A DNA stretch of 63,687 nucleotides, filler included, from Kipferlia bialata (taxonomy: Eukaryota), in assembly GCA_003568945.1 (NCBI GenBank). It is 4 parts of 4 records of this genome, joined end to end, with 100 filler letters (N's around TTAATTAATTAA, not from the genome) between each part and the next. Parts side by side here need not be neighbours in the genome. Positions count along the whole stretch, not along the records: positions 1 to 20,114 come from BDIP01000392.1; 3 more parts are not named here. One strand, given 5' to 3'. Positions 1 to 13,230 of this stretch are shown here, piece by piece. How positions within the stretch are numbered: position 1 is the stretch's first letter; every line of letters begins with the position of its first letter. The notes below the pieces were generated by a model. The model searched no databases, had not been told where the DNA came from, and saw only the letters and a list, made by a program, of their open reading frames with translations. The position numbers and the translations under genes are program-made.

Positions 1-53
<53 letters not shown>

Positions 54-76
54 TAATGAATAACACAGAGAGATAC

Positions 77-1555
77 CTGGTGGGAGGCTCTATCCGAGTG
101 GCAATAGACGGAGCAGGGTGCCTGGAGTATGAGATGAGAATAATGTTGTGTACAACGATAAAGGAACTAGAAGTGACACAGAGAAGGGAAAATGCATACT
201 AGATGGATATATACATAAACAATACATGTTTATATACATACCTGCTGAGTGCCACGATGGCAGCTGGGGTGGATGACTGGGACTGGCGCCTAGGGGTGAG
301 GTAGACTGTATCGTATACACAACGTATATACCCCCACATGACAGGCATTAATCACTAGAGATTTCAACATAGCACATAGTACAATCCACACACCTATTGA
401 TTAGGAATGTGACCATGTTATGCAAGGCACTGGAGTCAAAGAGTTCCGGGGCCACCACAACAACCACCACACCTCTCTGACCCTCCTCCACAGTCTCTCC
501 CTCTCCCTCTCCCTCCTTCTCTCCCTCACTCTCAACAGCTGTCTCTTCCTCCTCCTCCTCCTCCGACTCACTGATACTGTTCTCAGTCTCAGTGGACTCC
601 CCCTCCATACTCTCCTCCTCAGATGGGGCCTGAGCCTCACTCTCTCCCTCTCCCTCACTCCCCTCCCCTCTCTCTCTCTCAATCTCTCTCTCAGCCTCAA
701 ATGCCTCAATGAATGTCTGCTCCAGTTTAGCAGCACCCATAGTATGCTCGACATACACTAACCGTACTTGCTGTAAGAGAAGAGGGGTCAGAGAGAGAAT
801 ATAAGATAGGAGCGGGAGTGGAGATATGTTAGAATTATGTAGCAGTATTGACTACGCGATACTAGGAGACATGTATATAGAATTATACTTATACTATACT
901 CCATACGTACATGAGGACGGCATGTGTACACTAAGGGCGTCTCTGGCTGTCTGGAAGGCAACCTGGAGTGAGAGGAATATATAGCTATATGGAACACAGT
1001 GGAAAGACAAGATGGAAGGAAGGAATCATCTCAAGGAGTGTACGAGTAGTTAAGACATTCCATAGAATGAATACTGTCTCTACTAAAGCAGAAGCACACC
1101 CATACCTCACTGAGGGTGCATGGGATGACGACCATGGGTGTGAGCAGGACTTGACTGGGAGTGAGAGTGGGATAGAGAGAGCATTATGATCTAGAGACAA
1201 AGGGGATCAGACAATGAGATGGAACTGGAGACACACTCATACGCAATAGGGGTGCCCTTAGACTACAGTGGGGATATTTCTGGCCGTGGGTGGCATATCC
1301 AAGAGGGGTATATGCACTGTAGTCACAGGGTCAATGTATCAATTGGAGCTGTATTCACCTGTAGCTAGTGATGCATGGGATCAGACTCTCACACACGCCC
1401 TTCATGCTGTGTCGCCGTGACCCCTGCACTATCCCATGCAGGGTGCTGAGGATGTGGGCATTGAGGGCTTGGTGGGATCGCCGTTTCACACTAGACCTCT
1501 TCGCCTCCTCTGCACTCCCACCCATACTGGTGCTCCACTCAGAGCAGGACGGGTC
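77..1555 (-). CDS. Hypothetical multi-exon protein with Glu-rich segment (runs off window start; 5' end uncertain)
   Basis: Minus-strand exons with CTCAC..AG acceptors and GT donors at about 1358-1555, 1105-1153, 911-962, 394-771 (EAEREIERERGEGSEG...), 242-290 and 78-122. Confidence 0.55.
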
Positions 1556-1766
1556 CTATACTCTGTCTAAATGGGTACAGATGCTGTGTAGTGGGACTGG
1601 GTGTATCTGCAAGGGCCGGGCGCACAGAAGGGAGGAAGTAGCTGGCAAAGCGACAGACATCAACCCCTTTCATGTGTCAACAGAAACGAACCTTTACGCC
1701 ATATTGATAATGAAGTATCAACCCAATTGCAGTGGAGCCACCAGTCTGCTTTTGATCTCAAACAGG

Positions 1767-4195
1767 ATGTCTGAGGTCGTTTCTGATGAGGATCGCGCTC
1801 TTGAGTACAAGAACAACGGGAACTCTCTCTTTAGAGGTAATATAATGTGCTTACGGGGGTGTTAGTGGATAGCATATTGTATAGTGTGTAATACTGTCCA
1901 GTTTGACATCTTATGTGCATCGTTAGAGCCTGATATCAGCCCTGAAGTACCAGGAGGCTATGGATATGTACTCCAAGGCCATTGAGTTGGCTCCCAACAA
2001 CTCTGTGTACTTCAGGTAAGCAGTAAGGATGGTGCATCGTCTATCAATACTGTCTCGTTTCAATGGTTCTCTCTCTGTTGCTCTGTTTCACACCCGTAGT
2101 TATAATCTAGTGTGCTTCTTGGTGGATTCAGGGCTTAGTACTCTGTTCTGTAGTAGAGTTGCTTTCGCATCTTATTGATTGCTGTCTCGCGTCCCGCGTT
2201 CACTTTGAACCACCCATCTCACCCTCAGCAACCGTGCCAACTGCAGCTACCACCTCGGCCACTTCACATTTGCCATTGAGGACGCCACAAGGGTGTGTGA
2301 TAGTGCCCATACTCGATGTGCCTTGGCTGTGTGTTCACTCTACAGGTGTATACACTATATATCCTCTCCCACCCCAGGCCATCGAGCTGAATGAGACATA
2401 CGTCAAGGCATACTTCAGAAGGGCAGAGGCCCACAACGCACTCAACCAGGAGGTACTCCTTGTCGATATCCCTCTTGATTACCGCATTGCACCTCAATCT
2501 ATTCTCTCTTTGGTGTATATATATATATGTATATATAGCACTCTGACCCCAGGATGAGGCCATTGCTGATCTGAAGAAGGCCACAGAGCTGAAGCCCAAG
2601 GTACAGTCACACACACATATATATAAGCATTACACGCCCTGCAGTACTCTCTCCCCGTCTTGTGTCTTCTCTCTCTCTTCTCTCTCTCTTCTCCCCCTTA
2701 CCCCTCAGGACAAGCGCCTCAAGAACAAGCTGGCCCTTGCCATCAGGGCCAAGAAGCAGAACCAGTTCAGGGCTGCCATTGCACAGAAGAGCATGCTGCA
2801 GGTATGTATAAATACACACACTACACACATATATATATATATATATGTATTAGCTGCACTTGTATGAGTATATTCCTGTGCTGCGCCCGTGCCCAGAAGA
2901 GCATGTTGCAGGTATGTATCTGTATACACATATACTCTATATATGCATGATGATACTGACCCCCCAGGTGGACAAGCAGAAGCCCAGCGCCTACCCCGTG
3001 CCCAAGGACTACGACGGACCCAGGATCGAGATGGCGGTACGTATGTCTATGCATGTACCTGTACCATTCTTCACTCTGTCTGCATACATATATGTGTGTG
3101 GTCGTGTTCCACACCCCTGCACCCCCTCACCCCCCAGGGCCAGATCCATGGAGGCATCATCCTCACTCTCTCAGGCTATATATATATATATAATTACTAT
3201 CATTAATTCAATATGTGTATCCTCACCCCAGGACCAGATCCACGGCGGCATCATCCGTGAGCTTGTCGAGTACATTGGCAGTGGCAAGAAGCTGCCTCTG
3301 CGCTACGTGTATGTGCTGATGAAGAGGGTCAAGGACGTGCTCGACAGGTAACCCCTACTACACACTCCCACTATTACTATTAGTGCATATATATGTGTGT
3401 GTTGAGTTCTCTCTCTCTAACCCCCCAGTGAGCCCAATGTATATACCATATATGAGTGAGATCTCTCTCTAACCCCCCAGTGAGCCCAATGTGCTTAGGA
3501 TCAACCTGGACAGGGCCAAGCTGGAGGGCCTCGGTGCCAAGAAGGCCCTGTCCATTGTGGGTGACATCCACGGACAGCTCTACGACTTCATCGAGCTGCT
3601 CAAGGTATGCGCAGATAACTACCTTTATACAGGGACTCTACTCTCTCTACTCTCTCTACTCTCTCTGTCCCTTTCATCGAGCTGCTCAAGGTATGCGCAG
3701 ATGCCTCTATTCATATAGGGATCTGTCTCTCTCCCTTATCTCCAGGTCAACGGCATGCCCTCTGTGTCCAACCCCTTTGTGTTCCTGGGTGACTACGTCG
3801 ACAGGAGGCCCCACGGTCTGTCCGTCATCCTCCTTCTCTTCGCCATGAAGATTGCATGCCCCCAGGGTGTCTACATGCTCAGGTACATCCCCACCCTCCA
3901 TCTCAATAGTATATATAGAGTGTATATATATATATATATCTGACTCATCCCAGGGGTAATCACGAGACCCGTAACCTCAACCTTATGTTTGGCTTCACCG
4001 CTGAGCTCAAGAAGGAGTACCCCAACGGAGACACAGACCTGCTCTTCAGCTGCATCTCTGAGGTACTCTCTCTCTCTCTCTCACGCACACACACGCACTA
4101 ACCCTCTCCCCCCCTCTCACCCATAGGTGTTCAACCACCTTCCCCTGTGTGCCCTCATCAACAAGTCCATCTTCTGTGTCCACGGAGGTGAGGCC

Positions 4196-4238
<43 letters not shown>

Positions 4239-4597
4239 TCTATCTTCCTTACTTCCAGGTCTCCCTGTCAAGTGTATGGCCTCTCTTGAGACCCTCGACG
4301 GACTCGCTAGGAGGTATGACACCGTGTGTGTGTATATATATATGTGTGTGATTGTATCCACCCCTCTCACTCTCCAGGCGCCAGCCCGACGGCCCCGTTG
4401 AGTCTGAGCTTCTGTGGTCTGACCCCAAGAAGTCCAACGCCATGGGTATGTATACTGTGTATCCTTCACCCCTTATATCACCCCCTATCTCCTCTCATAC
4501 CAGGCATGTATGGTATGCCTGCCCAGGGTGGAGATGCCGATGACGTGTCCTCTCTCCTCGGAATCACCCCATCCCACAGGTACCGATTACTATACAT

Positions 4598-4629
<32 letters not shown>

Positions 4630-5489
4630 GTAGACTCCTCTCTAGCACTCTCTCACCCTCCAGAGGCAGTGGCTTCTGCTTCGGTGCCGATGCGGCCTCT
4701 GCCTGGATGAAGCACGTGGGTGTGACTGCAGTGTACAGGGCACACGAGTCCATCCCAGACGGAATCAGACACGACTTCACAAAGTACGGCAGCTCTTTCT
4801 CTCTTAATATGAGTGTATGTGTGTTTGTGTATCCTTATGTCTCCTCTCTTACCCCTCAGGGACGGCAAGGTGTTCCACCAGGTTGTGGAGGACATGACCC
4901 CCACCCCAAGGCAGTACACTGTGTTCACAGCCCCAGACTACATGGGCATGAAGAACAAGGTACTGCATCTATATAGTGTATACATCTATGCATATTGTTT
5001 GTGTATCATTCTTTAGTATGTACTCACTGCAGGGCAAGGCCGCTGTTCTGTCTGGAGGCTACATTGTGCAGGAGATGGACAAGGCAGCTGCCATGAGGGG
5101 AGAGACAGACACCCCAGAGGTATATACTCTGTCTCTATGTGTATTAGTGTTTATATATGTATGTCCTGATCCCAGGTTGTCGAGGGTGGCGAGGTCGAGA
5201 TGACCCCCTCCTCCGAGGCACCCGAGTTCATCCCACCCGGCGCAGTCGAGGTGACACCCCAGCCAGACGCAGAGAAGAGTACGTGGTACCTACTATCTAT
5301 ACCTATTCATTCATCATTACTTCTCATGTCATGTTTGATAGTCTCTCTCTCTCTCTCTCCTGTATCTCTTACCCCCCAGACGCTGCCATGGGCGGCATGG
5401 GCATGGGAGGCGGCATGGGCGGCATGGGAGGGTTTGGCATGAACGGCATCAACCTCGCCATGCTCCAGCAGCTCATGGGCCGCAAGTGA
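1767..5489 (+). CDS. PPP5C: Serine/threonine protein phosphatase 5 (N-terminal TPRs + PPP catalytic domain), about 18 exons
   Basis: Spliced product: ALEYKNNGNSLFR, AIELAPNNSVYFSNRANC, AIELNETYVKAYFRRA (TPRs); YDGPRIE linker; GDIHGQ, GDYVDRR, RGNHE, HGG, LLWSDP, RAHE, TVFTAPDY; stop TGA 5487-5489. Confidence 0.93.
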
Positions 5490-5942
5490 GAGTAGGGCTG
5501 CCTGTATAGTCTAGTCCCCGCCCCTCCTGCAATTGGGGTTTAGGGGCCTCACGGGTCTCATTGAGGCCCCCGCTGATACCTGGCTTGGAAGGTTGTTTCT
5601 TTGTATCTGTGTGAAGTAGTAGTGTGTTTTATAGTGTGTACAAGCATAGGGTTGGTAGGTGGCAGGGTTCCCGTTCGATGTGTCTCCTGAGCTGCTGTGT
5701 CCCAGGGCTCGGAGGTCATGTTAGTAAATTATTGGTTACCAGTAGTGTACCAGGGGCACTTTACTTTATGTTAGAAGCGATACTAGGCCTAGTGGATATA
5801 TATGTAGCAGTATGACTCATACTGTGGGGCCACTCCTTGAGTGCTCAACAAAGCAAAAATACATTTTCGAAAAGGGTTGAACTCCAACATATCTCAATCA
5901 ACCACCGCCTTTGAAGCGGCCGTATAGCCTCCTTTCCCACCC

Positions 5943-6731
5943 ATGGAAGCTACAATGATTGGTGGTGTCCTTTCGGGCAGACCTATCTTCTCTCCCACCG
6001 CGGCAGAGGTTTTTGTTGCGATGGGATCGAGCATTGTTGTCATTGGCACCACAACGAGCCTAGAGCTGTACAGGCTGACCGACCACACCTCTCCCATCGT
6101 CTGGCTGTCCTTTGTGCCCCACTCTACCACCCAGATCCTGTCTCTGGATGCCTCTGGTGTTGCCAAGCTGTGGGATGTGATTGCCAGGGAGTGCATCACC
6201 ACTATCCAGACCCGTGCCGGGTGCCAGCTGGTGTTTGACCCAGACCAGCCCGCCCACATCCTAGCTGTGCACTGCGGCTATGTGGAGAGCGAGAAGAAGG
6301 AGAAGAAGAAGAAGAAGGGACACAAGGAGAAGGCTCTGTTTGTGTCCAGGTACCACCTCTCCACTGGGGACGAGGAGGTCCTGGCCACATTCCCCTCCCA
6401 CCACACCCTCACAGTGTCCCACTGTGTGTACCACGACCACCACCTGTTCCTGGTCGGTGCTGCCAAGTGGCTGGGTGTGTATGCCATTGAGCAGAGCCAC
6501 ATTGCTCTCTATAGGGTATGTGGCAGCTTGTGTGTATCTAATACGTGTGGATCTCTACTTTTTATGTGTCTGTTATTTCCATGATATCTCTCCCCTCACC
6601 CCAGACCGAGCTCCCCCCCACCTGTGTCTGTGTGTCCGGTGGCCGTGTCTGCATAGGAGATATGGGCGGAAGGGTGCTTGTCCTCACCTCCCCCTCCATG
6701 CTGTCTCTCCCACCCGCCACAATGCCTCTCA
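5943..6731 (+). CDS. WD40 protein resembling the WDR75/UTP17 N-terminus (partial)
   Basis: MIGGVLSGRPIFSP...LTDHTSPIVWLSFVP...LSLDASGVAKLWD resembles the first WD repeats of UTP17/WDR75; exons 5943-6514 and 6606-6731; model stops at a poly-C tract. Confidence 0.6.
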
Positions 6732-6841
6732 GGTCAGGGCCTGCTCTCTCTCTCTATATATATTACTCTATTGTATTCTGGATCAATGTGTGTATTTGAT
6801 ACCCCACAGTACTTTACAAATGAGAGAACCCCTCCTTCACA

Positions 6842-6842
<1 letters not shown>

Positions 6843-6891
<49 letters not shown>
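6843..6891. repeat. Poly-C homopolymer (about 49 nt)
   Basis: Directly visible; lies between two apparently different gene fragments. Confidence 0.95.
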
Positions 6892-6893
<2 letters not shown>

Positions 6894-6916
6894 TCTACTC
6901 ACTATCTTTACCCCAG

Positions 6917-9900
6917 GCAATCTGGAGCGTGCCCTGTACTACCTGGACAGGGCACTCAAGCTGGCTGCCCCTGCCACCAGTGCACCCACGCACCTCAACC
7001 TCTGTGCAGTGCTCAGTGCCACAGGTAACCCTTCATATATACACCATCTCTCTCTCTCTCTATGTATGTCTATACTGTTTAAGGACCCTGGCCTCAACCA
7101 ATGTGCAGTGCGCGGTGCAACAGGTGGATATATTCCTACTCTCTCTCTCCCTCCCTCTCTCTCTCTCATCTATCCTTTACCTCAGTGCCACAGGTACCTA
7201 TTCACTCATTCACCCCCCCCCCCCTCTCCTCCCTCACCCTCCAGGCAAGCACAGTGAGGCCTACCGCCATGCAGCATGTGCTGTCCAGATATTGAGGTGC
7301 GTATAGTTATGTGTTGTCTATTAGTAGCCACCATAGTCTGCACTGATATAGTGTCACCTCCAATATTGCTGCTCCACTATGTATTATGTCCTGCCCTTCG
7401 TCCTACATGTGTCTCACCCTCTAGGGAACAGTTTGACAGTGAGGACCCCCTGCCTGTGGGTGCGGCCAAGCCAGGCGAGGTGAGGCACAGTCTACCACGA
7501 TATACGTATATATATGTGTGTTTGTGTCTGTGTATACTCAGTATACTCAGACCCACCCACCCCGGTCCTGCTCTGCTGTTACTATCCTGCCTGCACTATG
7601 TCTCACCCCCCAGGTCCTCCCCGCTGCATACCACAACCTGGGTGTGGAGCAGGAGTTCCTGGGGTACAGAGACGCAGCAGCACAGAGCTACCTCGATGGA
7701 TACAGGTGGGACAGTTAGATACATCTGTTTATACTGTCTTGAACCCCCCCCCCCCCCCTTACTGTTATATATTGTCATACATTATATTACCCTAGTCTCA
7801 CCCCCAGGGTTGCTGTCCAGATGCTGGGTCCTGCCCACCACATGGCACTGGTCCTCCAGAGGTGGGTGGGGTGTATATGATATGTAGTAGTACTTGTCTC
7901 TGTGATGCGTCGTTGTGTATATATGCCATATGTCATAATCATGTTCCCTTTCTCACTCCCCAGGGCCCTGTCTGAGCTGCGTGACCCCACCCAAGGGTCA
8001 GTGCCCCCACCCAGTAGAAAGAAGGTTAGTACTTGTATGGGTATGTACTCTCCATACTACTGAACTCCCTTCTTCTTGTTTCTCTCTATCTCCTTCTGTC
8101 TCCCAGGGCAAGGCTCTAATCACTCATTCGATATCTCCATATCTCTCTCTCTATATATACATATCCTTCTTACCCCCAGGGCAAGGCCAAACATCTGCTC
8201 TCTCTCTCTCTCTCTCCTTCTCACTCCCAGGGCAAGGTCAAGCGCAAGGTGACCAGGCAGCGCCCAGTCTCCAGCAGGGGCAGGGGCACCAAGGCCTCAA
8301 CCCGTCGCCCAGCCAGTGCCAAGCGCCGCAGACCGGCCAGCGCGAGTGCCCGCAAAAACACCAGGCACCTCTCTGCGACGTCTGTGGCCAGGGAGAGGCA
8401 GGGGGTGGGGCGGGGTGCACGCAGCAGGCGGCCCCGTGCCCAGTCTGCACTGAGTGACATATCCGACATATCCATGATCGAGTCACAGCTGCAGACAGAG
8501 CGCAACACCCGCATGTCCAGCCAGTATGAGGGCCAGATGCAACAGACACAGGGGGGGTATGGTCAGGCGAGACTGCCCCCAGAGTCCATGTCAGGTGTGT
8601 CTATGGGTGGGACCCTGGGGGGCACGATGGGTGTGAACAGTGGGCCCTACCAGTCAGATCAGGCCGGTCTGAACGGGATGTCCTTTGCAGACAGGTCCTA
8701 CAACGCTGGGGCACAGGCACAGGGACAGGGCGGGTACGGGAACCCACCGCCCTATGGGGGCCCAGACCCAAGGGCACCCACCCAGCCCCAGGGGTACCCA
8801 CAGGGCATGGGGACACAGCCCCCACAGCCGTCCCCGCTAGGTGCCACTGGGCCCTACGCCCACTCCCCCCAGTCCACCGGTCTGCCCAGTGGTCTGGACA
8901 GCTTCGTTGCCTCCCAGCTGCAGTCCCCGAGTGGGCTGTACCAGAGCCAGGGGCCTGGGGCACAGGATCAGACTGGTGGTACTGGAGGTACTGGGGGGAG
9001 TGTCAGGGGGGTTGACAGTCCGTACGGTGTCAAGCAGGCTGCCCTGCTCGCCCAGAACTCCCCCCTGCACCCCGGGTCTACTAGAGACCCCAGAGGCAGC
9101 TTCGATGGGAGGGATGCCCAGATGCGACAGGCCACAGCCAACGCCGCACCTGTGCCCAGCCCCCACGGCACCTACCCTGATGCACAGCTCATGACATCCC
9201 CTGCCCCAGGGAGGGACATTGACAGTGCTAGTGTCCAGACAGAGGGTGCTAGGGGGAGGCTCTCTGCCACCACTCCCCCTAGGTCCAGACAGAGTGGAGC
9301 CGCCTCTGCTGCGGCAGCCTCTCCCGCTGCTCTGGCCTCCCCTGCCACAGACCCCCTGGAGTCTCTGGAGGTGAGCCCTGGTGTTGCCGGTGTGCGTGCC
9401 TCCTCAGCAGCTGCCCTCTCCCACAAGAGTAGTAGCAAGAGGTATGATGGGAGGTTCGTGGACTCCCAGCTGAGGCGTGTGCACACCTCACAGGATGGGG
9501 AGGCCCTGTCAGTGACTGGGTCTCTGTCTGGTATGGGGGAGACAGACACACCCGACGGACCACTGCCCCCAGGCACTCCTGTCAAGGATAGGGAGGGGGA
9601 GAGAGAGAGAGAGCCCAAGGGCACTGGAGGTGTGGATGCCGATGTGCTGAGGGGTATTGAGGAGTCTAGTCTGGAGGAGAAGGGGGAGAGAGAGAAGGGG
9701 AGGTCCAGGCCCCCCTCTGTCTCTGCCAAAAAGGGGCCAAGCAGACAGTCATCTAGGCAGGGCTCTAGACAGGCCTCTAGACAGGCCTCGAGGCCAGGGT
9801 CGAGGGATCTCTCCAGACAGAGCTCCCGACAGTCTAGGCAGTCCAGTAGACAGAGCGGGGCAGTGCCTCTCAAGGGTGGGAGGCCTGTGTCATCAAGGGC

Positions 9901-12139
9901 CTCTGTCACTAGTCAGGCCGAGGAGGCAGAGAGGGAGAGGGAGAGGGAGAGGGAGATAGAGAGAGCTGAGGAGGAGGAGGAGCGCAGTGCTCGCGTGGCT
10001 GTGCTGGTTGCCAGGCGCAGTCAGTCCAGCATGGACATGTACAGAGACAGAGCGCAGAGGGAGAGGGCGAAGAAGAGGGAGAGAGAGAGGGAGAGCAGGA
10101 GGCAGAGGGCCATCGAGGATGCCGAGGAGAGGGCCAGAGACAGGGCGGCTGAGGCAGAGAGACTGGCTGCGGTGGCACTGCTGGAGAGGACAGAGGCCAG
10201 CGAGGCCTCCTCCCCAGCTGCTCCGGCTCTGTCCCTCCCTGCCTCTGCCCCTGAGTCCCCCCTATCAACGGTGGAGGGCAGGCCCCGCCTGTCTGTATCT
10301 GCCTGTCCCATCGACCATGCCACAAGGGTGGAGGGGGTGCAGGGAGAGAGAGAGGGAGAGTCAGGTGGGGATGTGCCCAGGGTAGGGTCTGTGGCTGTGC
10401 TTGAGCTGACTGTGGAGAGAGAGTCCCAGCAGGGCAGTGCCCCCCACTCACCCCTGGGCAGTGAGGGTGATGCCACAAGGGAGGATGTGGTATCCACCCC
10501 CCAGGTGTTTGCGCAGCCTGACAGGTCTACCCTCCCCACCCCCACTGCATCACCCCCTGCCACACACCCCACAAGGGCAGATGGAGAGGCCGTGGCTACT
10601 GGGGGGTGCTCGGAGGGTGGGACGGAGCTGGCAGAGTGCCCGGTCTCCCCTGTCCTAAGGGGTAGGGAGAGTGGGGGAGCGGGTGAAGCCGGTGAGTATG
10701 TCTCCCTGTCTGAGCGTATGCAGTCTGTGGCACTTAGGAGTGTGGAGACTGAGACCGAGATGGACACAGAGGCTATGGAGAGAGAGAGGGCGGTAGAGAG
10801 AGAGAGACAGGCGAGGGAGGATGAGGAGAGGCAGCGTGAGAGGGACAGAGAGTCCATGGAGCGGCACCAGAGAGAGGCTCTGCTCGCTAAGGAGAGGGAG
10901 ATGGAGATGGAGAGAGAGAGAGAGGAGACGCGGCGCCTGCCCCCCAGGGTCAGTGCCCCTCTCCCCCCCGCACCCCCTCCCTCCTATACCAGACCCCACA
11001 CCGCGTCCACCGTCAACCCCTCTCTCTCACTCTCCCTGTCGGACTCCCGGTCCCACCCCTTGGCATCGAGATCAGCACTCTCTCTCTCCTCCCCCAAGCC
11101 GAGCCAGTCCAGCACAGACGCCCTGTCCCACCCTGCCACCCCTCTCTCCCTCTCGGAGCCAGGGGCCTCCTCCAATGCGAGGAGGGACAGGGGAGAGAGG
11201 GCAGACAGCGTGAGGGATGACGGGGGTATGGGGTCGAGTGCTCTGTACATGGGTGGTGGCATGACATCATCCAACAGCTCTCTCTCCCTCTCTGTCTTCG
11301 GTAGCCAAGGGGGAGCAGGGGCCTTCGGGGGTACTAGTGCCCCACCCCTAGAGGACAGGGGTAGTATGGGGGAGAGGGGGGAGGCCAGGGGTCGGCCTGG
11401 GAGGTCAGTTGTATCCTCCGCTGCTGATGCCCCCCCTACTCTCTCCACCCACACCGGTGTGACTGGCATGGGAGTGCCTAGCAGACACAGGCTGCAGGTG
11501 GAGGGGCTGACCAACAGGCTGGCCTCTGCTGCCGAGGGCACTGACTCCCTGGGTGCCAGTACGACATCTCTCCTCGGGTCCCTTATCTCACACGAGAGGG
11601 AGAGAGAGAGGGCCACGGGCAGCAGGAGCAGGCCGAGCTCTGCGAGGAGACCCCAGGATAGGGGTCCCCCTGTCTCTGGCGCTAGAAGGGAGAGGCCCTC
11701 CTCGGCTGGTCAGAGGACCACCTCCATAGCCTATGGGTCAGCTGCCTTTGGGATAGGGACTGCCAAGTCCCCACTGATGCAGTCTCTGAGAGAGAGCAGG
11801 GCACAGTTGGACAGGGGTAGACACACCCAGGCACAGGACGTGGAGGTGTCCAGTGTCAGCAGTCAGTACGGGCACATTGAGATGGAGTATGCGCAGCCAC
11901 AGCCACATGCACAGAACCCTGCCCGCTCTGACCCCGTCTCCTACAGATCCCTAGACACCTCTAGGGTAGGGGGCGGGTCTCTGAGTGCCAGGGGTAGGGC
12001 CAGCGGGTACCATGCCTCCTCAGGCCCATCTATCTCCATGTCGGGGTCCGGTGCTGACCTTGGTGCTGGGGTGTCTGATGACAGGATGCAGGCAGCACTC
12101 AACGCAGCCACCCAGAGACTGCAGAACTGGCACGGCTGA
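6917..12139 (+). CDS. TPR-like helical repeat protein with about 1300-aa low-complexity/coiled-coil C-terminal exon (5' part missing)
   Basis: Small exons splice to NLERALYYLDRALKL...THLNLCAVLSATGKHSEAYRHA...AAYHNLGVEQEFLG...AAAQSY; terminal exon 8231-12139 is open throughout. Confidence 0.75.
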
Positions 12140-12326
12140 GGATGATACCTTGTAATAGATTCAATGTGTGAATATGATATCCCTATTGACATGAATGAGG
12201 GTATGAGGTTTGTAGCCAAAAACCAACTGTGTTAGAGACTCTTTTTGTGTTGTCAGTCTGTCTTTGCAGTGTCCTTTGGTGCGTGGTAACACAACAGACC
12301 AGCTACGCAGCCTGGACTGCGGCAGT

Positions 12327-12905
12327 ATGGACATCCACTTCCTCCATGGGAGCCTGGACCTGTTCACTCTGAGTGTCCCTCGGGATATGGCCCCCTCCAC
12401 ACACATCTCAGCCCTGGCACCCCGTATCTCTGCCGCCATCAGTGCCACCCTGAGAGATATGGCAGAGGACACAGACTCTGACACCGACGCAGATGGGGGT
12501 ATCGGTGAGTGTGTGGCCCTGTCCCACCTCTTCCATGTCAACCATGTCGAGGTCCACCCCTCCACCCCCCTAGCCTTCCTGCTTACATATGTCAACATGG
12601 GGGTGGTGGAGGTGAATGTGTCATCAGTGGAGGCAGAGGTGGAGGAGGAGGAGAGAGAGAGAGAGAGACAGACTCAGGTACCTGTTGGCACCCTCCACTT
12701 CCCTACCCCCAACCCCACCCCCCTCGCCACCCTACCCCCTACCTTCGACCTGGACCCAGCCGCTGTGATAGTGAGTGGGGGGGCAGTGAATGTCCTCTCC
12801 AGGGATAGACGGGCTGTGGTGACTGTGGTGGGGGGCAAGGTGGTGCAGAGTGTCATGGTGGACACAGCTGCTATACCCAAGGGAGAGCATGTGGTCTGCA
12901 CTCAG
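12327..12905 (+). CDS. Hypothetical protein, first exon
   Basis: ATG 12327, open frame with coding-like composition to donor CAG|GTGGG at about 12905; followed by a poly-C tract. Confidence 0.5.
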
Positions 12906-12942
12906 GTGGGTTAAGGCACAACACATGTTGAGCTAGCATATC

Positions 12943-13012
12943 CCCCCCCCCCCCCCCCCCCCCCCTCCCCTCCCCCTCTCCCTCTCCCCCCCCCCCCCCC
13001 CCCCCCCCCCCC
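12943..13012. repeat. Poly-C / C-rich tract
   Basis: Directly visible. Confidence 0.9.
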
Positions 13013-13230
13013 TTCCCTCTTCATTTCCCTACTCATAACATGGAGGTACATTCACTCTCCTCTCATACGTGTTATCCTCCCCTTCCTTTGTCTCCTCCTC
13101 TAGATCTCTCCCAGTATAATACAGTATTGTGATACTGGGCAAGCATTCTTTTTCCCCACCGCTCCCAGTCATACTATCCCAGGTACATATGATACCACCA
13201 CTAATCACTATATTCAACTCATGTCTCAGA

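Noticed and set aside
1556..1660. In-frame TAG in a minus-strand frame (possible readthrough or alternative code)
   Set aside because: It can equally be a splice acceptor, and TAG is used as a normal stop in several genes here (19484, 33664, 52931)
5543..5570. 9-bp GC-rich hairpin in the PP5 3' UTR
   Set aside because: It is short enough to arise by chance, with no SECIS or other recognisable features
8601..11616. Long antisense and alternate-frame ORFs over the large exon
   Set aside because: They are shadows of GC-rich low-complexity coding sequence with no recognisable domain
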